From positions 3,989 to 67,988 of the forward strand of contig JABBNZ010000009.1 in NCBI GenBank assembly GCA_019352035.1: DNA of 64,000 nt. The letters are read 5' to 3'. The number at the start of each line of letters is the position of its first letter. Position 1 is the first letter of the stretch. Positions 1 to 8,802 of the stretch are shown here, one piece after another. The notes beneath the pieces are model-generated. The model was not told the origin of the DNA, ran no database searches, and saw only the letters and a program-made list of their open reading frames with translations. The translations under genes were made by a program, and so were the position numbers. This DNA comes from Pseudomonadota bacterium. GTDB taxonomy: Bacteria > Pseudomonadota > Gammaproteobacteria > Steroidobacterales > Steroidobacteraceae.

Positions 1-653
1 AGTACACCATCGCCAACAAGCGCCGTAGCCTCACCCTGGTCCACAAGGGCAATATCCAGAAGTTCACCGAAGGCGCGTTCCGCAACTGGGGCTACCAGCT
101 CGCCGAGCGCGAATTCCCCGGGGCCGTTTACACCTGGGAGCAGTGGGAGCGCACCAAAGCCGCATCCGGCGAGAAGGCAGCGAACGCGCAGATGGACGAG
201 GCGAAGCGCGGCGGCAGGATCATCGTCAAGGACGCCATTGCCGACATCACCCTGCAGCAGGTGCTGACGCGGCCCGATGAGTTCGACGTGATCGCCACGC
301 TGAACCTCAACGGCGATTATCTCTCCGATGCGCTCGCCGCCCAGGTCGGGGGCATCGGCATCGCCCCCGGCGGCAACATCAACTACATGACCGGCCATGC
401 CGTTTTCGAGGCGACCCACGGCACCGCGCCCAAGTACGCCAATCTCGACAAGGTGAACCCGGGCTCGTTGATCCTCTCCGGCGAGATGATGTTCCGCTAC
501 ATGGGCTGGACGGAAGCCGCCGACGCCGTCATCCGCGCCATGGACAAGACCATCGGCCAGAAGATCGTCACGTACGACTTCGCGCGCCTGATGGAAGGCG
601 CGAGCGAGGTCTCGACCTCCGCCTTCGGCGACGCCCTGATCAAGAACATGTAA
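1..653 (+). CDS. icd: NADP-dependent isocitrate dehydrogenase, C-terminal part (5' end lies outside the window)
   Basis: The frame is open from the window edge. Translation [19 protein letters not shown]...[28 protein letters not shown]...THGTAPKYA is typical of bacterial homodimeric IDH. Stop at 651-653. Confidence 0.93.
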   Translation, partial: YTIANKRRSLTLVHKGNIQKFTEGAFRNWGYQLAEREFPGAVYTWEQWERTKAASGEKAANAQMDEAKRGGRIIVKDAIADITLQQVLTRPDEFDVIATLNLNGDYLSDALAAQVGGIGIAPGGNINYMTGHAVFEATHGTAPKYANLDKVNPGSLILSGEMMFRYMGWTEAADAVIRAMDKTIGQKIVTYDFARLMEGASEVSTSAFGDALIKNM

Positions 654-677
654 GGGCCTGATGTGCAAGAGCGGGGA

Positions 678-939
678 CTCGGTCACGAGGCATTTTCCGG
701 GAGCCTGAAAAGCAGGGCTCGGCGCACTGCGCCGAGCGGGATTTGTCAGGATGGCCAGTCCCCGGCCTTGCGCGCCGAGCAGGGACCGCGGGAGCGCGGC
801 AGGTTTTTCCGGCAGCCTGCGAGGGTTCGCCGCATGCGGCGAACGACCGCGCGGGATCGCGCGGGCCGGGTGCCCTGCCGCCAGGCAGGGCCAGAGCGGC
901 GCGCCCGGCGGCGTTCCCGGAAAATGCCTCGTGACCGAG
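678..939. repeat. Structured intergenic element bounded by perfect 25-bp inverted repeats (MITE/REP-like)
   Basis: CTCGGTCACGAGGCATTTTCCGGGA at 678-702 is the exact reverse complement of 915-939. Three internal palindromes lie at 717-737, 825-844 and 873-890. Confidence 0.6.
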
Positions 940-958
940 GCCGCGCGGACGCGAACCC

Positions 959-1570
959 ATGACGATCCTGGATTGGGCCCGCAAGGTTCAAGCGATCGCT
1001 CAGACCGGGCTGGCTTTCACACACGACCCCTTCGACCGCGAGCGCTACACCCAGCTCACCGAGCTGGTCGCGTCCATCCTCTGCACCGAGCTCGACATCC
1101 CCCTCGCCAAAGCGAAGGGATTCTGGGAAGGCGAGGAAGGCTACGCCACCCCCAAGGTGGACGTGCGCGGCGGAATCTTCGAGGAAGGCCGCGTGCTGCT
1201 CGTGCGCGAGCGCTCCGATGGCAAGTGGACGCTGCCCGGAGGCTGGGTCGACGTCAACGACTCGCCCTCCGGCGCCGTGGCGCGCGAGATCCGCGAGGAA
1301 TCGGGCTATCACGCCAGAGCGGTGAAGCTCGCGGCTCTCCTCGACAAGCGCCGCCACCCGCACCCGCCCGGCATCCATCACATCTACAAGCTCTTCTTCC
1401 TGTGCGAGCGCACCGGAGGCGCCCCCGCGGTGAGCACCGAGACCGACGCCGTCAGGTTCTTCGATCTGCACGCGCTGCCCGAGCTCTCGACCGGCCGCGT
1501 GCTCGCCTCACAGATCGAGCGCCTGCATCAACATCAGCTGCACCCGGAGCTGCCGACAGACTTTGACTGA
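959..1570 (+). CDS. NUDIX hydrolase with N-terminal helper domain
   Basis: 203-aa ORF with a Nudix box GGWVDVNDSPSGAVAREIREESGY. The N-terminal segment WARKVQAIAQTGLAFTHDPFDRERY resembles Nudix N-terminal domains. Confidence 0.85.
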   Translation: MTILDWARKVQAIAQTGLAFTHDPFDRERYTQLTELVASILCTELDIPLAKAKGFWEGEEGYATPKVDVRGGIFEEGRVLLVRERSDGKWTLPGGWVDVNDSPSGAVAREIREESGYHARAVKLAALLDKRRHPHPPGIHHIYKLFFLCERTGGAPAVSTETDAVRFFDLHALPELSTGRVLASQIERLHQHQLHPELPTDFD

Positions 1571-3284
1571 CATCGCCGCGCCAGCTTCCCGCCGCGTCGC
1601 CGGCGCGTTCGTGGAATACAACGCGGAATTCCGAGCGATCACGCGGCGTGCGCCCGTGCGTTTCGACAGCCGCGACTGGAAGGGCGGCCAGCGCGATGCG
1701 GTGGAGCGCATCGAGCTCTACGACCGCTTCGTCGCGAGCACGGTGGCGGAGCTGAAGGCCCTGCTCGGCGAGCGCGCGGAGGACCGCGCCCTGTGGATGG
1801 AGATCCGCGCCGACTTCGCCGAGCGCATCGGCGGCCTGCCCGATGCGGAGTTCACCAAGACGTTCTTCAGCTCGATCAGCCGGCGGCTCTTCGGCACGGT
1901 AGGCGTGGCCCCGGACCTCGAGTTCGTCGCGACCGATCTCGATCCGCTCGCCCACGTCACCTCCAGCGTGGTCACGAACACGTACATCAACCACGGCTCG
2001 CTCGCCCTTCTCTTCGAGGACGTGCTGGGCGACGTGCGCTTTCACACCCCGTGGAGGGACCTCGACAACAGCATCCGCCACGTGATCACCGAGGTACAGG
2101 CGCACCTCGATACGCGCGGGGAGCAGAGATCGGTGCAGCGCATCGAGGTGATCCGGCCCGTCTTCTACCAGGTCTTCCGCGCCTACATCGTCGGGCGGAT
2201 CGTCGGCCGCGGCTTCCTCGTGCCGCTGGTCATCGCGCTCAAGAACTCGGACGGCGGCCTGCTGGTCGATGCGGTGATGCTCGCGGAAGGCGACGTCAGC
2301 ATCGTGTTCAGCTTCTCGCGGTCGTACTTCCACGTGGACCTGGAGCACGTCGCGGAAGCCGTGGTTTTCCTGCGCTCCCTGGTGCCGCGCAAGCCCGTGA
2401 GCGAGCTCTTCACCGTGCTCGGCCGCGCCAAGCAGGGCAAGACGGAGCGCTACCGGGAGATCATGCGCCACCTCGCGGATACCCCGGACCGCTTCGTTCA
2501 CGCGCCGGGCGAGCGCGGCCTCGTCATGGTGTGCTTCGCGCTGCCCTCGTTCGATGTCGTCTTCAAGGTCATCCGCGACCGCTTCCCGTATCCGAAGAGC
2601 GCGCGGCGCGAGGACGTGCTGGCGAAATATCAGCTGGTCTTCCGCCACGACCGCGCCGGCCGGCTGGTCGACGCGCAGGAGTTCCGCCGCCTGCGCTTCC
2701 CGATGGCGCTCTTTGCGCCCGAGCTGCTGGCGGAGCTGCTGGCGGAAGCCTCCCTCACGGTGCGCGAGGCCGGCGAGCACCTGGTGTTCGATCACATGTA
2801 CATCGAGCGGCGCATGACTCCGCTCAACCTCTACCTGCGCGCCGCCTCACCGGCCGCCGCCGGGCAGGCGGCGCTCGATTACGGCCAGTGCATCCGCGAC
2901 CTCGCCTACACCAACATCTTCCCTGGCGATCTGCTGCTGAAGAACTTCGGTGTCACCCGCCACGGCAGGGTGATCTTCTACGACTACGACGAGCTCTGCC
3001 TGGTCACCGATTGCCACTTCCGCGATCTGCCGCAGGCGGCGAGCCTGGAGGACGAGATGCGCGGCGAGCCCTGGTTCTACGTCGGCGAGCACGACGTCTT
3101 TCCGGAGACCTTCATCAACTTCGTCGGCTTCGATGACGCCCAGCGCGCGGCGCTCCTGCGCACGCACGGCGAGATCTTCACGTCGCGATTCTGGCGGCAG
3201 GTTCAGCGGCGACTGCAGGATGGAGAGGTGCTGGAGGTGCTGCCGTATCATCCGCACCGCGTTAGAGTGGCGAGCGCCGGCTAA
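1563..3284 (+). CDS. aceK: Isocitrate dehydrogenase kinase/phosphatase
   Basis: 573-aa ORF with full-length resemblance to AceK (N-terminal ...FVEYNAEFRAITRRAPVRFDSRDW...IELYDRFV). It uses a TTG start that overlaps the NUDIX stop by 8 nt. Confidence 0.9.
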   Translation: MTDIAAPASRRVAGAFVEYNAEFRAITRRAPVRFDSRDWKGGQRDAVERIELYDRFVASTVAELKALLGERAEDRALWMEIRADFAERIGGLPDAEFTKTFFSSISRRLFGTVGVAPDLEFVATDLDPLAHVTSSVVTNTYINHGSLALLFEDVLGDVRFHTPWRDLDNSIRHVITEVQAHLDTRGEQRSVQRIEVIRPVFYQVFRAYIVGRIVGRGFLVPLVIALKNSDGGLLVDAVMLAEGDVSIVFSFSRSYFHVDLEHVAEAVVFLRSLVPRKPVSELFTVLGRAKQGKTERYREIMRHLADTPDRFVHAPGERGLVMVCFALPSFDVVFKVIRDRFPYPKSARREDVLAKYQLVFRHDRAGRLVDAQEFRRLRFPMALFAPELLAELLAEASLTVREAGEHLVFDHMYIERRMTPLNLYLRAASPAAAGQAALDYGQCIRDLAYTNIFPGDLLLKNFGVTRHGRVIFYDYDELCLVTDCHFRDLPQAASLEDEMRGEPWFYVGEHDVFPETFINFVGFDDAQRAALLRTHGEIFTSRFWRQVQRRLQDGEVLEVLPYHPHRVRVASAG

Positions 3285-3308
3285 AAAGGCGGTAAACTCC
3301 CCGCCCTC

Positions 3309-3509
3309 ATGAGCCGCCTCCTCGTCGTCCTCGGCACCGTTCTGATCGTCATCGGGCTGCTCTGGCGCTGGGTGAGGCGGCTGCCGCTCTTTCACCTGCC
3401 GGGCGACATCGTCATCGACCGGCCGCACTTCAAGTTCTTCTTCCCGATCACGACGATGCTGATCGTCAGCCTCCTCCTCTCGATACTGGCCTGGATCTTC
3501 AGGCGTTGA
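3309..3509 (+). CDS. Small two-TM membrane protein (DUF2905-like)
   Basis: 66 aa. It has hydrophobic N- and C-terminal helices flanking LPGDIVIDRPHFKFFFPITT, as I recall for DUF2905. Confidence 0.6.
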   Translation: MSRLLVVLGTVLIVIGLLWRWVRRLPLFHLPGDIVIDRPHFKFFFPITTMLIVSLLLSILAWIFRR

Positions 3510-4662
3510 GCGCCTGAGTCACGTCCGCCAGAAGGTCATCGATGTCCTCGAGGCCGATGGACAGGCGCACCGTCCCGTCGTTGATGCCCGAGACGGCCTG
3601 CTGATCGGCAGTGAGGTCGCGTCCGCCCATCATCTGTGCCGTGACCACCAGCGACTCCGTGGAGCCGAGGCTCGCCGCCACGGCGAAAAGCTGCAGCGCA
3701 TCGGCGAAGCGGCCGCTCGCCTCGAGGCCGCCCTTCAGATCGAAGCTCACGACGCTGCCGAATTCCTTCATCTGCGCGCGCGCCAGCGCATGCTGCGGGT
3801 GCGACGGCAGGCCCGGGTAGTGCACGCGAGCCACCGCCGGGTGGGCCGCCAGGAGCTCCGCGACGCGCTGCGCGCTCGCCGACTGGGCCTGGTAGCGGAC
3901 GAAATAGGTCCTCATTCCCCTGAGGATGAGATAGGCGGCGTGAGGATCGAGCGTCCCGCCGAGCACCCCGAAATCCGTGCGCAGCGAGCGGATGAGCTCG
4001 CCCCGCCCGATCACCGCCCCGCCGAGCACGTCACCCGCTCCGGAGGCGTACTTGGTCAGGCTGTGCACGAACACATCGATGTCGTAATCCCCGTGCTGGT
4101 GCAGGCCCGCGAACGTGTTGTCCATCACGAGAAGCGCGCCGGCGCTCCTGGCGAGCCGGGTGATCGCCGCGATATCGGCGACCTTGGTCACCGGATTGGT
4201 CGGACTCTCGAACCACACGAGCCGCGTCGGATGCGCCGCCAGGGCGCGCTCGATGCCGCCATGATCCTCGATCGACAGCATGGTATGCGTCACCCCGAAG
4301 CGGCCGAGGAGACGCCGGATGAGATAGCGCGTCGGGTTGTAGGTCTCGACGAAGCAGAGGATGTGGTCCCCCTGCTTGGCGAGCGAGAGCAGCGTCTGCG
4401 CCACGGCGCCGACGCCCGAGGCGGTGACGAGGCACTCCTCCCGGCCCTGCAGCTCCGCGAGCAGCAGCTCGAGCTGGCGCGTCGTGGGATTCGAGGCGCG
4501 AGTGTAGAAGAAGCCGGGCCGCTCGCCGCGCAGGTACCGCTCGGTCTCCTGCAGCGTATCGAATTCGAACTTGACGCTCTGATAGATCGGGGGCACCACC
4601 GGGCGGTTGTCGGGAGCGAGGTCGACCGGCGGCGGGTGATTGGCGCGGGTGGGTTTCTTCAT
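3499..4662 (-). CDS. Cys/Met-metabolism PLP-dependent enzyme (cystathionine gamma-synthase/lyase family)
   Basis: Contains YTRASNPT, DNTFAG and the PLP-lysine motif SLTKYASG. The ATG at 4662 forms an ATGA overlap with the upstream gene's stop. Confidence 0.88.
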   Translation of the reverse strand: MKKPTRANHPPPVDLAPDNRPVVPPIYQSVKFEFDTLQETERYLRGERPGFFYTRASNPTTRQLELLLAELQGREECLVTASGVGAVAQTLLSLAKQGDHILCFVETYNPTRYLIRRLLGRFGVTHTMLSIEDHGGIERALAAHPTRLVWFESPTNPVTKVADIAAITRLARSAGALLVMDNTFAGLHQHGDYDIDVFVHSLTKYASGAGDVLGGAVIGRGELIRSLRTDFGVLGGTLDPHAAYLILRGMRTYFVRYQAQSASAQRVAELLAAHPAVARVHYPGLPSHPQHALARAQMKEFGSVVSFDLKGGLEASGRFADALQLFAVAASLGSTESLVVTAQMMGGRDLTADQQAVSGINDGTVRLSIGLEDIDDLLADVTQALNA

Positions 4663-5453
4663 GGCCCGCAAAGCGTAAACCGATCCGCATCGAGATGGGC
4701 GGGAAACCTTTCACGGAATGCGCGCAGCGCGCGCAGGTCCAGCTCGACGGTATGGCGCGCGGGCTGCGCGCCGGGCTCGGCGAGCGGCTGGCCCAGAAAA
4801 TCACACATCAGGGTGTCGCCGCGATGCTCCGTCCCGCCGCCGTCCTGCCCGATGCGGTTCACGCCGGCCACGAACGCCTGGTTCTCGATGGCGCGCGCGA
4901 TGAGCAGCTGGCGCCAGGCATGGGCCCTCGCCGCCGGCCAGTTGGCGACATAGATGAGAAGATCATAGTCGAGGTCGGCGCGGCGCCGGCTGAAGACCGG
5001 AAAGCGCAGGTCGTAGCAAACGAGCGGACAGACCGTGAAGCCGCGCCACTGCACCGTCCATGAGGCGCGGCCCGGTGTGAAGTGCTCGTGCTCGCCGCCC
5101 ATGCGGAAGAGATGGCGCTTGTCGTAATGGCGCAGTGCGCCGCCCGGCTGCGCCCAGAGCAGGCGATTGTAATATCGGCCCTCCTCCGCGGTGATGACAC
5201 TGCCCGTCACGGCGGCATCCAGTTGATCGGCGAGCCGCAGCAGCCATGCCGTGGTCGGCCCTCCCGCCGGCTCCGCGGCGCGCTCCACCTCCATCGTGAA
5301 CCCGGTGGTGAACGTTTCCGGGAGGATCACGAGATCCGTCCGGCCCGCCAGCGGGGCGAGCAGTTCCTCGAATCGCCGCCGGTTCTCGCCCGGGTCCTGC
5401 CAGGCGAGCGCCTGTTGGACGAGCGTCACACGCAAGGTCATGTCTCGCTCCAT
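4659..5453 (-). CDS. Carbon-nitrogen hydrolase family protein (omega-amidase YafV-like)
   Basis: 264-aa ORF resembling the nitrilase superfamily (LVILPETF, VCYDLRFP). GGGAG lies 6 nt upstream of the ATG at 5453. An alternative ATG is at 5441. Confidence 0.82.
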   Translation of the reverse strand: MERDMTLRVTLVQQALAWQDPGENRRRFEELLAPLAGRTDLVILPETFTTGFTMEVERAAEPAGGPTTAWLLRLADQLDAAVTGSVITAEEGRYYNRLLWAQPGGALRHYDKRHLFRMGGEHEHFTPGRASWTVQWRGFTVCPLVCYDLRFPVFSRRRADLDYDLLIYVANWPAARAHAWRQLLIARAIENQAFVAGVNRIGQDGGGTEHRGDTLMCDFLGQPLAEPGAQPARHTVELDLRALRAFRERFPAHLDADRFTLCGP

Positions 5454-5466
5454 CCGTTGCTCCCTC

Positions 5467-6633
5467 TCATGCCCCCGAGCGGCTCAATCTCGCGCCCAGT
5501 GCTGCGAGCCGTTGCGCCGCCTCATCGAGCGTGTCGTCACGCTTGGCGATACAGAGCCGCACGACCGAGAGCGGCGGCGGCTCGGCATAGAAGGGAGAGA
5601 GCGGGATGGTGGCCACGCCTGCCTCGCTCAGCGCCCGCTCGGCGAACGCCACGTCGCCCGGCGGCAGCAGCTCGCCGAAGTCGAGCAGCTGGAAGAAGGT
5701 GCCGTGCGCGGGCGGCAGCGCGAAGCCGGAGCCCTCGAGGGCGCGGCGCAGGCGGTCGCGCTTGGCCTGGAAGAAGGCGGGCAGCTCTCGCCCCGTCTGC
5801 GGCCTCTCGGTGAGATACGCCGCGATGGCGTGCTGCAGCGGGTTTGCGATGCTGAACGTATTGAACTGATGAACCTTGCGCAGCTCGCTCGTGAGCGGCG
5901 GCGCCGCGACGCAGTAGCCGACGCGCAGACCGGTGGCGTGCAATGTCTTGCCGAAGGAAAAGACCGCGAAGCTTCTCTGCCGCAGCTCCGCGTGCGACAG
6001 CACCGAAGCATGCTTGCGGCCGTCAAAGAGCACGTGCTCGTAGACCTCGTCCGAGAGCACCACGATGTCGTGCCCCCGGATCAGGGCGGCCAGCGCATCG
6101 AGATCCGCGGCTGTCGCGGCGGTGCAGGCGGGGTTGTGCGGAGTGTTGAACAGGACCAGCCGCGTGCGCGCAGTGACGGCGCCGCGTGCGCGATCCCAGT
6201 CGTAACGGAAATCGGGCGGCATCAGCGGCAGCCGGATGCATCGGCCGCCCGCGAGGCGCACCGCCGGCTCGTAGGAATCGTAGGCCGGATCGAAGGCGAT
6301 GGCCTCATCCCCCGGCCCGATCACCGCCTGCACGGCGGAGTAGATCGCCTCGGTGGCGCCGAGGGTGATGGTGATCTGTGACTGCGGGTCGAATTCGCCC
6401 CCGTAGCTGGCGCCGAGCTTGCGTGCGATGCGCTCGCGCAGCTCCGGGACGCCTTCCATCGGCGCGTACTGGTTGTGACCCTGACGCATCGCCTCGCCCG
6501 TCAGATCCGCCAGCCGCGGGTCGATGTCGTAGTCGGGAAAGCCCTGCCCGAGGTTGAGCGCGCCGAGCTCGCGCGCGCGGCGCGAGATGACCGTGAAGAT
6601 CGTCGTGCCGACGTCGGGCAGCTTGCTAGGCAT
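5467..6633 (-). CDS. Class I/II PLP aminotransferase (methionine/glutamine aminotransferase YbdL-like)
   Basis: Contains LNLGQGFPDYDIDP, NTPHNPA and SFGKTLHATGLRVGY. The start was chosen at MPSKLPDVG, which overlaps the ppgK stop by 8 nt. Confidence 0.85.
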   Translation of the reverse strand: MPSKLPDVGTTIFTVISRRARELGALNLGQGFPDYDIDPRLADLTGEAMRQGHNQYAPMEGVPELRERIARKLGASYGGEFDPQSQITITLGATEAIYSAVQAVIGPGDEAIAFDPAYDSYEPAVRLAGGRCIRLPLMPPDFRYDWDRARGAVTARTRLVLFNTPHNPACTAATAADLDALAALIRGHDIVVLSDEVYEHVLFDGRKHASVLSHAELRQRSFAVFSFGKTLHATGLRVGYCVAAPPLTSELRKVHQFNTFSIANPLQHAIAAYLTERPQTGRELPAFFQAKRDRLRRALEGSGFALPPAHGTFFQLLDFGELLPPGDVAFAERALSEAGVATIPLSPFYAEPPPLSVVRLCIAKRDDTLDEAAQRLAALGARLSRSGA

Positions 6634-7375
6634 CCGCCTCCGCCGCCGCGAGCGCCGCGCCGATGACGCCCGCCTGATTGCCAAAGTGCGCCGGGCGAAC
6701 CTCGGCCTCGCAGCGCAGGAGCGGCGCGAAATCCGCGAAGCGCTCGCTGATGGCGCCGCCCAGGATGAACAGATCCGGCCAGAAGAGCGCCTGCATCCGG
6801 TCGAGATACACGTTCACCCGATCCATCCAGGCGCGCCAGTCGAGGTTGAGCATGGCCTTCACGTGCGCCGAGGCGTACTTCTCGGCCTCCATGCCGTTCA
6901 GCTCCATGTGCCCGAGCTCGGTGTTGGGGAAGAGGCGCCCCTCGATGAACAGCGCCGAGCCGATGCCGGTGCCGAAAGTCAGCATGACGACGGAACCGTT
7001 GTGTCCCCGACCGGCACCGAGGCGCATCTCCGCGATACCCGCCGCATCCGCGTCATTGAGGAAGAGCGCATCGCGATCGAGCGTGCGCCGGATGAGCGCC
7101 GCGCCATCGGCGCCGATCCAGGCATGATCGATATTGGCGGCGGTGCGGGCCCGGCCGCTCTTGACGACGACGGGGAACGCGAGCCCCACCCGCCCGGTGG
7201 CCGCAGGCAGCTTCGCGGCGAGGGAGGCGATGGTCGGCATCATGGCCTCGGGGGTCGAAGGCTGCGGCGTCGGCGCGGAGAGGGTCTGCCCCTCGAGGCG
7301 CCCGGCGTCGACGTCCACCACACCCGCCTTGATGAAGGAGCCCCCGACGTCGATTCCCAGCAGTCTGCGTGTCAT
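6626..7375 (-). CDS. ppgK: ROK-family polyphosphate glucokinase
   Basis: 249 aa. It has an N-terminal LGIDVGGSFIKAGVVD ATP-binding motif and ROK-like LGHMELNG. Confidence 0.82.
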   Translation of the reverse strand: MTRRLLGIDVGGSFIKAGVVDVDAGRLEGQTLSAPTPQPSTPEAMMPTIASLAAKLPAATGRVGLAFPVVVKSGRARTAANIDHAWIGADGAALIRRTLDRDALFLNDADAAGIAEMRLGAGRGHNGSVVMLTFGTGIGSALFIEGRLFPNTELGHMELNGMEAEKYASAHVKAMLNLDWRAWMDRVNVYLDRMQALFWPDLFILGGAISERFADFAPLLRCEAEVRPAHFGNQAGVIGAALAAAEADA

Positions 7376-7453
7376 TTGCGTTTTCCGATCAAAGGTTGGT
7401 GGCCGCGGCGCGCCGAATATTACGCCGGGCCCATCTTCGGCGGGTCTTGCCCA

Positions 7454-8794
7454 TCAGACGTTGAGCAGCAGGTGCTCCCGCTCCCAGGAGCTGATCACCT
7501 GCAGGAAGACCTCGTACTCGGCCTCCTTGACGATGGTGAAGGCGGAGACGAACGGCTCGCCGAGCAGCTTCACCAGCGGCTCGCTGTGGCGCAGCTCCCG
7601 CAGCGCCTCATCGAGCGAGCGCGGCAGGCCGAACGGCAGCTCGTGGGCGCTGCCGGAGATCGGATCGCTCGGCTGCAGCCCCTCGACCATGCCGAGGTAG
7701 CCGCACGCGAGCGACGCCGCGATGGCGATGTAGGGATTGGCGTCGGCGCCGCCCACGCGGTTCTCGACCCGGCGGTCCTCCGGGCCGGACATCGGCACCC
7801 GCAGCCCCGCGGTGCGGTTGTCATATCCCCAGTGCACGTTGATGGGCGCCGACAGATACCGGGTGAGGCGGCGATAGGAGTTGACGTTGGGGCAGAAGAG
7901 CGCCATGGCGGCGGGCAGGTATCTCTGCAGTCCCCCGATGTGCGCGAAGAAGAGCTGCGAGGGGGTGCCGTCCGGGTTGCTGAAGATATTGCGCCGCGTC
8001 TTGATGTCCACCACGCTTTGGTGGATGTGCATGGCGCTGCCCGGCTCCTTCGCGTGCGGCTTCGCCATGAAGGTGGCGTATATCTTGTGGCGCAGCGCGG
8101 CCTCGCGGGCCGTGCGCTTGAAGAGAAACGCCTGGTCGGCCAGGTCGAGCGGATGCCCGTGGATGAGGTTGATCTCCATCTGCGCCGGCCCGTCCTCGTG
8201 GATCAGCGTGTCGATCTCGATGTCCTCGTCCTCGCAGAACTGATAGATGTCGTCGAAGAGCGGATCGAACTCATTCACCGCCGCGATGCTGTAGGACTGC
8301 CGCCCGGGCTCCGCCCTGCCCGACCGGCCCACCGGCGCGCGCAGCGGATAGTCGGCGTCCTTGTTCTGCTCCACGAGGTAGAACTCGAGCTCCGGCGCCA
8401 CCACCGGCTCCCAGCCGCGCTGGGCGTAGAGCTCCACGATGTTGCGCAGCACGTGCCGCGGCGCCATGGTCACCCGCCGGCCGTCGGAGTAGAAGCAGTC
8501 GTGGATCACCTGCGCGGTCGGCTCCGCGGCCCAGGGCACGCGGCGCACGGTCTTCGGGTCGGCCTTGAGGATGATGTCGATTTCCGCCGGACTCATGGCC
8601 GCCCCGGTATCCGGCGGGTAATCGCCCGTGACCGTCTGCAGGAACACGCTCTCCGGCAGGCGCATGCCGCCGTCCTCGGCGAACTTCTCCGCCGGCATGA
8701 TCTTGCCGCGGGCGATCCCGGCCATGTCGGGAATGATGGCCTCGACCTCGGAGATGCCGTGGTCGCGGAAGAACTGGCGGATCTCACTCACCAT
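7454..8794 (-). CDS. Glutamine synthetase family protein (gamma-glutamylpolyamine synthetase, PuuA-like)
   Basis: GS catalytic-domain motifs are present (KPHAKEPGSAMHIHQS, NSYRRL, GYDNRTAGLRVP). The start is set at MVSEIRQFF (ATG 8794). The longer upstream extension is Arg/Gly-rich and looks like junk. Confidence 0.88.
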   Translation of the reverse strand: MVSEIRQFFRDHGISEVEAIIPDMAGIARGKIMPAEKFAEDGGMRLPESVFLQTVTGDYPPDTGAAMSPAEIDIILKADPKTVRRVPWAAEPTAQVIHDCFYSDGRRVTMAPRHVLRNIVELYAQRGWEPVVAPELEFYLVEQNKDADYPLRAPVGRSGRAEPGRQSYSIAAVNEFDPLFDDIYQFCEDEDIEIDTLIHEDGPAQMEINLIHGHPLDLADQAFLFKRTAREAALRHKIYATFMAKPHAKEPGSAMHIHQSVVDIKTRRNIFSNPDGTPSQLFFAHIGGLQRYLPAAMALFCPNVNSYRRLTRYLSAPINVHWGYDNRTAGLRVPMSGPEDRRVENRVGGADANPYIAIAASLACGYLGMVEGLQPSDPISGSAHELPFGLPRSLDEALRELRHSEPLVKLLGEPFVSAFTIVKEAEYEVFLQVISSWEREHLLLNV

Positions 8795-8802
8795 GGGCTG
8801 CC

